Below the pieces are notes generated by a model that saw only the letters and a program-made list of their open reading frames with translations, was not told where the DNA came from and made no database searches. Shown piece after piece: positions 10,985 to 35,700 of a DNA stretch of 64,000 bases (positions within the stretch are counted from its first letter, which is position 1; each line of letters opens with the position of its first letter). Both the position numbers and the translations under genes were made by a program. The DNA is from Trichoplax adhaerens (taxonomy: Eukaryota; Animalia; Placozoa): contig NW_002060948.1 in NCBI RefSeq assembly GCF_000150275.1, positions 2,858,175 to 2,922,174 of the forward strand, given 5' to 3'.

Positions 10985-13520
10985 TTGTGCAACGTTATTG
11001 ACTGTAAATGTCCACATGATTTAAAGAATCATCTAGGCGGTTCTAATTGGGCACAACCAAGCCTTTCAGAAGCATGTTTACACATGATTTACATTGTATC
11101 ATCATTTAATTTCAAAGCTGATGGAGGCCAGTGTCCATCCTTTTTAATTTATTACATTATCGACTGAGTTTATCTTATTCTACCTATAATTTGCGATGCT
11201 TAAACTATAACAATGCGATTATTCTTTATAATGCCCAATAGTAGTCATAAAAATTTTCCAGCTTATTCTTTCGACGTTAATTACAGTATCAAATACATCC
11301 ATAATGTTGATGGCTAGCTAAACAAACGTTATAGACATTGTTGTAGATGTCCAATAAGATTACCGTAGTGAACTAATATTTTTTAATATTTTAACTCTTT
11401 TTTAAGTGATTTGAACTCATCTTTTAAGTACATGTACGATCTGTTCTTATATATGGGTCTATCTATGAAGGTTTATATCCACTGTATAATACGCTAACGA
11501 CTAGATCTCCAATTATATATATATAGCTCGCTATACAGTAATGTTTAATTTGAGAATACAATAATCCATTAATGAACCGACACGCTAGTGTATCAAGTAA
11601 TAGCCTAACTCTGATTGTAGCCATTGCGTTAATCGGTATAGTGAATTAATGTGATATTTTACTGTCTCTCTAAGTCACCCTTATATACTTATACTTCTTG
11701 CTTCGTATCCCACACATCGTTTGAGCTATACATTTTATGTCATTACTAGTTACCTGGCTAAACATGATAAATACATGTTTACCAATAAAAGGTTATTTAA
11801 CCTTGAATATAGTAGAAAAATAGTTCGATAACCGACGTGCAAACATTTTAGATAATAATTTAATTCGCGGTGCGGTGTTGATCTGAGAGTAAACGTGATT
11901 AATTTGCCCAATTGCTTGCGTACCAGTAAGTTTTTATAGTACGCTTTGTTTGTTTTACGATGTCTTTGGCATTGCTCTTACTTACTAGCAATGTAGAAGG
12001 AATATTAATAATATAATCAAAAATACTTTCTTTTAGCGAAAAGATACAGAACAAGTAATCCTTTCTGCAGCCACGAGCTGAATGTAATATCATCGTTTTT
12101 TGTTGTAAACGTGATTATTTCTCACATTTTTATCCACATGCGGCTGTTAATTTTTGTAGAGTAGAGCCAGCCCGCTGGTAGATTCAGTAATCCGATAGTA
12201 AGGATTTGGTACAGAATATACCGTACTAAAAATGGGAAATAAGTAAGAACATACATTAGCTATCAATGTATTAAGGTGTAATATTGTAATCTGTATTAGA
12301 ATTAGATATTTATAGATTTTATGTTAGCGCTATGATGGATCGGTCGTGAGACTGTTGTTTAGCTGCGACGATTGGGCTCAGATTGGTGATACCTCAGGGC
12401 GAGAATTTACCTACTTAGCGAGGTGAAGTTGTGAGCCCGGCGAGTAACCGGATTGGCTCCGAAAGGCCAAAACGAGAGCCAAGAGGAAGAAAATAAGGCG
12501 CTGCTAGTAATGGCCAAAAGTTTATAGTAAAATATTAATAAATGATAGTCCCTGTATGAAATATTTGTGCTAGAGTTTCGTTCAAAATATGTCGGAAAAT
12601 AAGATGGGCTCGGATCCTATAAAAGGGTGTTAGAGAGAGAGCTAAAGTAGCCTGTCAAATTTGCCGAGTAGAGATTACTAGACTATGTTGTTACGAAGTG
12701 TAGCTCCGTAAATTATAAATTAGGTAATAACAATTAAATTAACCCGGTTGTTTACCATTTTGGTAGGCAACCATGGGGCACTAGTACTGGTTGTTTACAA
12801 TAATGGAGCAATCAACAAGGATTAATTATATGTAGCTAGATATAATATTGTTTAATATAGGATTAGCTTATGGGAGCGCACTGCTCCAATAATTAATTAC
12901 ATGTATTGGTGCTGAGCTCAGGCTCGCTGATTGGCACCATAATTGGTTGTTTTTCATTAGTGTTGTTTACTATCCAAGCTCATACTAAGTCATATTAATT
13001 GTCCGGGAGTAATTCCCTATAGTAACTTATACAATTTGTGGAAGGAGCAATTTACTAGTATGCCCCACAAATGAGTGGGGATGGTATAAAAGCCCGAGCG
13101 AATTGCCATTCGCCGGCAGTAGTCGCTCCGGGCTAGGACGAACTAGTAGAGACTAGAAACCAAATCACAAGTGGGACTTGTGACATATGTAATAAAAGTT
13201 ATTTTTATCCTAAGGCATTCAGTCCCAGCATTACTGTGAACCAGTAGTTCGGAAAAGCTTAGGAGTAACAATTATTACATAAGGATAGCAGTATTCTTAA
13301 GATTTGCAATAAACATTAATTTTATATATTAATAAATTATTGACGTAGCGTAGCATATGCGTAGAAAACTTTCTCCACTCCCTATTTACGTTATTGTAAA
13401 TTAGAAAATTCCGTCGAAAGATCTGGCTTTCCGTCTCCAATATAGTTAATAATTCTAATCTTATGTTATAATTGTTAAATCTATATGATAATCAATCTCA
13501 AACATTGTGATGAAACTTTT
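10985..13520 (+). pseudogene. Decayed LRR-array gene relic, interrupted by the solo LTR
   Basis: Fragments CNVIDCKC (LRRNT-like), YNLRCLNYNNAI (11185-11220), SVSSNSLTLIVAIALIGIVN* (11587-11649), ILDNNLI, and LLNLYDNQ (13472-13495) beyond the LTR. Confidence 0.45.
12277..13279 (+). mobile_element. Solo LTR (1003 bp) of an LTR retrotransposon
   Basis: Terminal inverted repeat TGTAATA...TATTACA and perfect 5-bp TSD TAAGG (12272-12276 and 13280-13284). GC is higher than the flanks. TATAAAA at 13085 is followed by AATAAA at 13191. No internal gag/pol sequence is visible. Confidence 0.85.
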
Positions 13521-14130
13521 GTGTTGAGCGTATTCAGTAATTGGTGGTTAATTACTCCTTGGGCTATTTCATGTAAACGGCGAACTGATGAAGGTTTCAA
13601 TACATATTATAAAAAAATTTGTAATGTCCTCGTGTATGGTTCTCAATTATCATGACCACTATAAGAGTAACTGATGAAGACTTAAAATAGCGCTCTGTTA
13701 TTTATTATACTTAGGCAGTACACGTAGCTACGGAAACACAACAAATTCAAAAAATGCCATATAAAATCGGTAGAAATAAAGAACCAAATCTTGCTTAACG
13801 GTATTACATAGAACTAAGGTATCTCTTTAAGCAACAGTTATTAAATTACATTGCCTCGATTCATATAAATAGTTAGACGTTAATTAAAATATTGGTATTA
13901 AACGAGAAGATTACTATTGTTAAATAATTACAATCAGAGTAACCCATAACAACAGTGGCAAATCAATTAGAGCGTTTAAATCAATGCTAAAGTAAACGAT
14001 ATTCACAAAACAAAAAGAGTTTAATAGAAAAGTTTTATAGTCATTTTGAGATATTAATGCCTTTGAAATGTTTGATACTAAAACTTCCTGACTGGATGAT
14101 ATCGTTTTGTAGGTATTGTTTTAAAGAGTT

Positions 14131-26517
<12,387 letters not shown>

Positions 26518-27000
26518 GACCAAGCCAATGAGCCACTGCAAGGATGATTTTTTGGAATGGAGAGCCAAAAACGATGATGGAGAAATACAAAATGTCAGCG
26601 GCTTGCTAATAGACAGCTTGAATGGAAAATGCCTTTCCTCCGTCTAGTCAGCGACGTCCTACCACAGTCCGTCTGACACTACAGCCATGATACGGTATCG
26701 GAAGAAATAGGGACCGGACCGGTACCAGCACACCGGACTAGTAACTTTGACTCATCGAGACTGACCCGTGGGCAGAGTGACCCGCGACATATATGTCACA
26801 GTCTATATGTCATATATATTTGCGTACTACTCATCATGTACAGTAGACTCAGTAGTACACTGAATCATGGAGTCCATCCCTACGTCAGTCTATCTGAAGT
26901 TGAATGCATCAACTCTGACTGACGACGTCTGATCATCATCATATTAATTCATTCATTATAATAGAGCTTTGTGTGTGAAAACTCTTGAGCAATTCGCAGT

Positions 27001-27204
27001 TACTGCGCACAATCGATATCTTTCTGTGGCTGCTTAACCATGCTCATTGGTAATGCGCAGAAGTATGAGACTGCGTATTTTATTTACTCTCTAATACGCA
27101 GAATCGTAAGATTGATGAGAAGTGGAAGAAAATCAAGTAGCAAGTTTCGCAACATGCCGATTTACAACTACTGCGCACAATCGACATCTTTCTGCGGCTG
27201 CTTA
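27001..27204. repeat. 36-bp dispersed direct repeat
   Basis: tactgcgcacaatcgaYatctttctgYggctgctta at 27001-27036 and 27169-27204. Confidence 0.9.
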
Positions 27205-27420
27205 GTCGTGCTGAATGGCAATGGAGGCATCTTGGCCTCTGCGCCAGATCAATTGATCCTGTACACGATTTCGATGAGGACAATATACTAATGGAGTATG
27301 CAATTTCACTGTTGCGGTTCGCTATTTCAAACGGTATGCCATTTCTGTCATGCCTATCGATGGAGAGATGAACACCAATACGCGGCCATTTTTTGACTAG
27401 TAATTACAATTAATGATTGG

Positions 27421-27687
27421 CAGCTAGTGTTCAAGACATGTAGTCCAAGTTTGATGTCAAAATAGGCTGGATCAAGTGCATTCGACGGACCCAGGACATT
27501 TTTCTACTACAGTACAGTATATCATGCTGTATACAAATAGGCAAAAACAGTCCAGCTAGTGTTCAAGACATGTAGTCCAAGTTTGATGTCAAAATAGGCT
27601 GGATCAAGTGCATTCGACGGACTCAGGACATTTTTCTACTACAGTACAGTATATCATGCTGTATACAAATAGGCAAAAACAGTCCAG
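27421..27687. repeat. Near-perfect 132-bp tandem duplication
   Basis: Units start at 27421 and 27553; one visible mismatch (cccagg vs ctcagg). Confidence 0.95.
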
Positions 27688-28237
27688 TAGCTTCGAGCTG
27701 TCCATCGTCTATTTTGCAGCTATCCTGCTATTCAGTTGGATAGAAAAACGACAGAGTATCGTCTGTATTCAAGGTTGGCTTTAGTTGCGCGCCATCATAC
27801 AGTACACTGCTATATAACATATAGATATACGTATATATGTTACGTACAAGTCTGCAATGCAATGAACTTGTCCAGCAGGAGAGGAATGCATGAGAAAAGC
27901 GCCCTAGACAGAAATGCCACCTCGATCGATTGATTTAATAGTAGCTTTACATACAATAGCTGGTCGACGGTGCTGATCATAATGTGCTATACTGTACAGT
28001 GTACAATATTCATACAGCATGGCGCCTATTTTTACTGGACCAGATGATCAAGACCTCGAGTCGCATCAATCAGAACCAATCGTCAGTCTCGGACATGACA
28101 AACTGCTAAGACGTAGGCAAATTTCTAGTAGTCCTTGATTAAAGAGCATCAATGAGTCATGTTGTGTTCTAAGTGAGTACACATGTATGCAAAAGTATTT
28201 TCGGTTCTAGTCAGATCCAACAGCTGCCGGCAGCCTG

Positions 28238-28403
28238 TAGCCTTTTATGACCTTCTTGTTAGTTTAGCTGTATCTTCATCAAGTGCATAAAAACGTATTA
28301 ACGTCTTGTCCTCTTCTCTTTAGCCTTTTACGACCTTGTTAGTTTACTTTTTTAGCTGCAGCATCTTCATCAAGTGCATGAAAACGTATGAACGTCTTGT
28401 CCT
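28238..28403. repeat. ~83-bp diverged tandem duplication upstream of TAF10
   Basis: tagccttttaYgacctt...atcttcatcaagtgcatRaaaacgtatKaacgtcttgtcct at 28238 and 28321. Confidence 0.85.
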
Positions 28404-28582
28404 GTTGTCTACAGTCTACAGTCTACGACAGTACAGTACATTGTATTGTAGTCAAGGTCCGTAAAATGGACCGTTGTAGTGTACTGTCTCATTCACTAGG
28501 TAAAGCTGGTAACAAACGCCATTTTAACAGACCTTGTCAGCAGCGATTGGAAAATCAAGCAATCTGATCGGGATTACCAGCA

Positions 28583-30182
28583 ATGGCGTCTTTGTCGACG
28601 TCGGACAACAATTTAACATCATCGTCAATAACTACACAAAGTTTTGATAGCTTAACTACATCATCTAAAAAGGATGTACTCTCCTCTCAAGCCAAAAATG
28701 ATAAAACCAACAGCCATACCACCGTAACTTCGACTGCTTCCAATACGACGTCGAAGTTTAAAAACGCCAGCAGTGCCACTCATGCTGCAATGGGTGAAAA
28801 CAACGCACAAATTGGTGGTATTCGCTTAGCTCAATTTATACAAAACATCGATGATTATACACCAACGGTAAGACTTGACCATGTTGTTATCAAGGATCTT
28901 GCATCTTACACAATGTCCACGACTTCAACTTGTACTACATGTGAACCTAAACTTTAGGGGATATTGCATAAGCATGACATTGATCTGTGCTGGACAACTG
29001 CACAGGCTACGACCAGAAATAAAATCGATAGGATCAAATAATGAATTCTTCTTCATGTCGGGGGACGTTCACAGTTTGCATTCCACCAAGGATACGTAGA
29101 GAGTTTAATCAATGGTAGACAAAGAGCCTAGGCAGTATTTGAAATTATCATATGTTATGCATTCTAAATGGTCACATACCACAGATTTGTTAGGGGAACG
29201 ACACGAATGAGAGAATGAAATACTTAGTCGAGTGGCTCAACAGCACACTACGAGTGTTACAGTCTGAAACTTTTTCCATCAAAAATCATCAACTAGAAGA
29301 ATTTTATGGATAAGAGTCATAAATCTATCAGGGCTCGATCTAACAACGCATCATACAGTATACTGTATAATAGTCGGATATTCTGTTAATGTAGCGATCG
29401 ATTGAATTCTACCCATACATTATCTGCGTCGTTTGATATAATATTATACCGTACAAGATGGCTTTAACCTAGATAGATTGTTTTAAATACTTACTATTCG
29501 AGCTCTCACTCGACGGTCGATATTCTTTCCTTGGAGGATGGCAAATTCGGCCGTATTCAGTAATCTTGTGCTGTCATGATATTTAACTTACACTAACTTT
29601 AGATATATCAACAGCATAGCTGTAGCTGTATACACGGTAGTTCTTTGTAAATGACGATAGCCCCGCTTTAATTAATCATGAAAAGATTGGTTGTGATCTT
29701 GACACCCAATCTACAAAATAGAAACATAATAATATAAATGATATCCAGATCAAGTCCATCATATCCTTAGAGAATGCATATGAAAATGAGTTATAGATGC
29801 TATTTTATATGCACCTTCTAGATACCCGATGATGTGACTACCTATCACCTAAATCGCGCTGGCTTTGATACCACTGATCCTCGTGTCATTCGCTTAATAT
29901 CTTTAACTAGCCAAAAATTCGTATCTGATATTGTTGGTGACGCTATGCAGCAATGTAAAATGCGTAGTAGCAGCCAAAACAACAAAAAAGGCGCAAAGGT
30001 TTGTTGAAAATTCAGTTTTGCCTTTAGATGGAATCTAGTATGTACAATGTGATACTTAATTGTGCCTGATTGCCATTCATACCATCACGCAGGATAAGCA
30101 ATATTGTTTGACTATGGAGGATTTGGCCGCTGCAGCTAATGAATATGGCATACACATCAAGAAACCACACTACTTTAGTTGA
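28583..30182 (+). CDS. TAF10: TFIID subunit 10
   Basis: Exons 28583-28867, 29822-29998 and 30093-30182 give IDDYTPT|[48 protein letters not shown]..|[29 protein letters not shown]. Confidence 0.97.
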
Positions 30183-30599
30183 TAGAAATTGATCAGACTT
30201 ACCCGTGACTGTCTCTTGGAATCATAAGATCTACATATTTTCATACATAACTGAATACTGTTCGAATACGCAAAATATGGCTACTCGGAGCGATGCTTGG
30301 TTCAGTAATGGACAAATTCGTATATCGGCAATGGATCAGTTTTGTTGTTGTTGCAATTTTGTTGGTATCTGGTGAAGGCTGGGCCGTAATCTTGACATGC
30401 AATCTCGTTATAGGGTTATCAAAGTTCATCTGATTACTCGTGTAAATGAATTATGCTATAAAGTTACGTTGTACCTAGTACGTTCCTATACATGCTTTAA
30501 ATTCTGTTTAAGACATTGTTCCCTATAATTATATCCAAGACATTAATGTATTGAATATTCTAATTTAGTACTAATGTATATCAAGACACAATTGTAACT

Positions 30600-32190
30600 A
30601 TCGCATACTTCGAATAATGTTGTTAGGAAGAGTATGTGCACCTATTAATTTTTGGCCGTAACAGGGGTATGTAATTAATTATCAGCCTGGCATTACAGTA
30701 AGTGCCACGTCAGATTCGATAGACCTGTATTTTGTCTCATAGCTATAGATGATAGGGTAGTTTGTATAACTGTTTGCTTGAAATGTTGAATAAATTATGG
30801 CTTGAATTAGCAAGTTTTCTTACTACTCTGTTGACAAGATGTTGAAGTTGAAACAAAATTATGATGGGTTGTACTAACCTTCCTTCTAATTAGAAATTGT
30901 CTTCAAAAGCATTATTGACTTTTGAATCCAAATTACATATCGTTGACAGCCTCGATTGAGTTAAATTTTAAGACTACATATTTGAATTATTATTTCCTGT
31001 GAGGAATGTACTTAAAAATGCATCGTTATTATATACAGTATTATGATCATAAGGTTAAAAAGATTATCAACAATTTCTTAGTCTCATTGAAACGATTTAA
31101 GTACACGCATGATGAATCTACACCAAAATTCAACAACAATCAATTTTTCTCTTCCATCATACTGCTGTATATACATAGTACAGCCTAGTACAACCATCAT
31201 ATTGTAGACTTTGGTATTTTCCATAACTTATAATGGGACTATTTATTGAATCTGCGAAGTACTGTATTTACGAAAGGGGTATCGCCTGAGCTATTGAATA
31301 TGTGATAGATAAATAGCGAAATTCAATAACGAATTTTTCTCTTAATCGTACTACTGCCCATGGCAAGTACAATTATCATAATACTGTATAACTTTTGATA
31401 TTTTCCATGCTTTATGATGTAGCTGATTATAATTATTGAATTTGTGCCGTATTTATGGGAATACATCTCGACTTATTCATCTGAAAGTTAATGATTGATG
31501 GTAATTGTATTTACTAGCCTTTATGTTAAGCCCCGATCTTACAATCAGTTGCATACATACTGATAGTAATTTTATCCAAGTCTTCTTATATTTGCTGCAA
31601 ATAAAGATAAGGACGTACATCCGTTTAAATGAAATATGGATTATATAATTTTTATTTCGCCGTAGTTTAAAAGCCGGTGCAATTTCTTATCAAAACTTTA
31701 CCTGCATATTATGACATTAATTCATGTTTGTACTATTATATATGCACTGGAATGTGATTGCGTATGTCGTATATAAGTAATATACGCGTATAAACAACTT
31801 GAGTATCATTTGGCAGAACATCTCGTCAATTAAATCTCGAATGGAAATGTAGTATTGTGTAAATAGCTTTGGCATATGCCAAATACTTTACTGAAATAAA
31901 GTATGAGCGCATCAATCCTCAGACTTTTTGTGTTGCAATAACTTGAGTACAATGAGAATATGTAATGTGTATGTACATCTTCATATAATCTACTTTATAC
32001 GCTTTTACTATTTAAAGTATTACTCTGAAACTGTAAGCGACATATCTGGTATTACCTACATTACCTTTACTGATTACGCTGTTAGTGTAGGAATGCCAGA
32101 ACATTATACAGTTAACCTAGGCTTGCCTTCGGCCGTAGTACGGCAATACTAGCCTGCGTAGAGGAATTCCTCTTACCTCTACGATACATC
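30600..32190 (+). pseudogene. Decayed LRR array with LRRCT-like end
   Basis: IVDFGIFHNL*WDYLLNLR (31201-31257), IHLDL (31461), SYNQLHT (31537-31557), NFLSKLYLH (31681-31707), INPQTF, and ACLRP*YGNTSLRRGIPL (32121-32174). Confidence 0.45.
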
Positions 32191-32385
32191 ATTGCAAGCA
32201 TGAATCAATACCGAGCGTTATAATATATTGCTGATTTTACTATTGGAAGAAGAAAATAATAAATCTCACATACACTGGGCTTATATAGCTCCCGTAGACT
32301 ATGAAAGATGTTTAGTAGTACTTAGGCAGTCAATGTTTCTTCTGCTCTTTTATGACAGACGCGTAATAATCTAGCCAGAGTTTAC

Positions 32386-32399
32386 ATTGCCATGGCAAC
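32386..32399. promoter_or_regulatory. RFX X-box upstream of FHAD1
   Basis: ATTGCCATGGCAAC matches 13/14 of the palindromic X-box GTTGCCATGGCAAC, about 310 bp upstream of the FHAD1 ATG. Confidence 0.7.
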
Positions 32400-32711
32400 A
32401 ACGTCAGCCTAAGAGCATAAATCATACTAGCACTTTCATATAGCTTACAGTTAAAGAATAAAGAACTATTAATATTTGGTACGATATCATCTAGTATACT
32501 GTACCGTATATTATAAGAGATATATTGTGGCTTATACTATGATGTGATACAGTATATAAATACATACAGTTGTAAATTTACCTTAAAAAATTTGATCGTA
32601 TTTACTGGTAATACTTGTGGAAATAACTAGGTTTTATGACCCTCCAGAGCAGTACTAACAAATTCTTGATCCCTAAGTAGATACCTAGCGAAATTGTATT
32701 TAATTGACGAT

Positions 32712-35700
32712 ATGAAGGGTTACTTGAAATCTAGCGATGGGCTTTTTCTCCTAGATCCTCGTTTCACAACGATCGGCAGGGACAACTGTGATCTACTACT
32801 ACAGGTTGGTTTCAAAATTCACACTAAGGGCACTTAATATCGGTGATAGAACAAGCATAAATCTGCTATAAAGTAAAATCTAATCTTAATAGCTATTCAT
32901 CTATGTAAAATATGAAGGTCTATATAATGTATTTTAATAGTACAAAATGGAATACGAAATAAATGTATTGGGAAGATATAATTCATACTCCTTGTAGATT
33001 TAACATTAACTATCACAAAAATGAAAGAAATTTATCAGTCATTAATTATTTTCGCTGATAGTACAAGATCATGGCAATGTCAGATATTCATTCATAGATA
33101 GCTAAATTAAAATGATATGGTGTTACTGTCCAATAGCTATTCAAGAGTAACTGTATATAATATTAAAGTAAGTCATCCTAATATACTGTATCTTGCAAAT
33201 TTCGCTGTAGTCACCTAACCTGGAACGACGACATGCTATCATCGAATACCATGATAGCGATGGGCACTACTATCTACGAGATCTGAATACTGCTAATGGA
33301 ACTTATGTTAACGACAAAGTTATACAGAATGGTTACATTCAGCTTGCACCTGGTGATATTTTAAGATTCGATTTTGATGGCATCGCTTTTCAATTTGATA
33401 CTGATGAGACGCTAACTCACTTAGCGCTCGCTGTAAGGAAATTTTCTATACATTAATTTACTCCATTATTTTTATTTTTTTATCTTGCAATTTTCGTTAT
33501 CAAAGAATATCAGTCATGATAGACTTTTATGATACCTAAGTATCAGCAAATTTGATTATAAATCTATTGACGCCGTAAGTTGATTAAATAGATTTTGGTT
33601 ACGTCAATTTTATTATCAGGGTAACCGACAGCAAACTTTAGTAACAGAACAATCTCCGAAAGCTATACATCCAATGAATCTAGGTGCCAATTTTACTGCT
33701 ACAGCACACTTACCGCAGATACATTCCAATTCTGTCGTGAAACAGCAGAGATCAGGATCATTGCCTGGCTCACGGACTCAACCTGTAAGTTATTCTTTTA
33801 CCAGTTCTTGGCTACGGTAATAAAATTAGCACATAATATAATATCAATGATATCATTATAATAGTAGATATGTTATCCTCTAAAGTTGTATTAATAATTT
33901 TGAACTATCCTGACTGCTTATTAATAGACAAACTTAGTCCCACGACCTCCATCGCGTCCTCGCCCTTCAAGTGGTAGCAGCCATAGGTATAGTGATGTCG
34001 GAATAACACCACCGCTAAACAGCACATACACTCAATCAGTATTTAATCAAGCAAAAAATGGTTGGATCGGCTCTGCAGGTAGTAATAGCTTCCATGGCAG
34101 TAACGATAGCTTGAATAGTATTTCTAGGAATGATGATGTTGGTGATGCACGAAATAAGGATAGCATTATAAGTAGCTTAAGAAGGCAAGTTGGGGATTTA
34201 AAGCATCAAATTGAGTTAAAGAATCAATCTATTATCGATGTGAATGATAAGTTAATAGCATACGAAGGACAACTAGAGAGTACAGCCACTGCTGTTGATC
34301 ATCTGAAATCGGAGGTATACAATATCATCTTGCAAGTGCTTCAGTTTTTTTCTACGATTTGAAGCTTTTGGTATAGTGCAAATATTTCTATTGCTCACTA
34401 AGAGATATAATAATTATGAAATTATTTAGATTATGCGTCCACAACAAAGAGAGAATATTGCTAATGAGAGCACTTTTATGACATCCTCACAACAACAATT
34501 ACAGCCCCACACTCTAAACGTTGACAAATTAATGAAAGAAATGCAACACTATCGTTATTCTTTGCATGATTCGGCTCAAAATGTTAGTAAACTAAGGCAG
34601 GAAATTGATTCTAAGAACGGAATAATAGCAGATCTTAAGGAGGAAGTTAGTAGGGTAATCAATGAACTTAATGAACGAGAAGTAACTATTGCTGCTGTTA
34701 ATGCCAAGGTATCGATATTGATGATTTAGTAAGCTTAGCAATATTTTATCTAAGACAATACAACATTAATAAGCAATAATATAAAGTTTTTAAATTAAGA
34801 TTTGGATGTATTGTTCAAACTTTAATTCAATTTCATTATTTAATAAAAGTTGGCACGCTTAAACGAAAATGCAGAATTCGAAGCTTCATTAGAAAAAGAA
34901 CGTCAAGAGTACAATTCTATGAAACAGGTATCAAGACATTACTTAATTTTGTAGATGTAATCTAATCTTATATTCTGGTAGCAGTTGATCTTTATTTGTT
35001 ATACGTATGGAGACAAACATTTATTCTATGATTACGAAAATGACCAATTTCAGTTACCTAATGATTATTATTTAATTCAGAAATATAAGTCGAATGTTAA
35101 GGAGCTAAATGAAATTACTGAAAAATTTCATCTGAAGTCTGAGGAGGTCAAAAGACTAAATACCCTTATTATAGAATTAGAGCAGGTATACAAAGATGGA
35201 ATATACATATTTTGATATAACTATAAAGATGGTTATCATTTAATACGAGCCTCAAAATGTATTTTTTAAATACAATGATGTGCATATCATGAGAATATAA
35301 TATTTCTTTTGAAATTATTACACTTCTAAATCATACGTAATAACTGAAAGAACTATCATAACTAAAAAGGTAAAAGATGAACATGAAGCTAAGAAATTAG
35401 AATTTTCGGGGGCGCAAGAAGAAGCAAAACATGCCAAACTACAGTATAGCATAGCGCAAACGAAGGTAAGCCCCTAAGATTTAAATTTTACTGATATCAG
35501 GCGTTACATCAGATTAATCTTGAATACTTGGGCATTTCATTACTTTCCTATGTTGCAATCGACTACTAGCATGAGCGATTAAGAAAACATTTACTCCATG
35601 AGTTATTTGCTGATGGTCAACGGCCGTCCCAAAATATGAATGATTGCAGCGATGATGAAATTATTCAACTACTATCTCAATTACGGAAGCAAAATATCGA

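Noticed and set aside
13580-13700. Two CTGATGAAG words suggesting hammerhead ribozymes (similar words at ~22240 on the minus strand and ~25438)
   Set aside because: No stem II followed directly by GAAA, and no stem I/III pairing could be built.
32119-32183. GC-rich hairpins (aggct/agcct; cgtagagg/cctctacg) as an ncRNA or Helitron end
   Set aside because: The stems are short, no family motif is recognisable, and the same bases translate as an LRRCT-like remnant.
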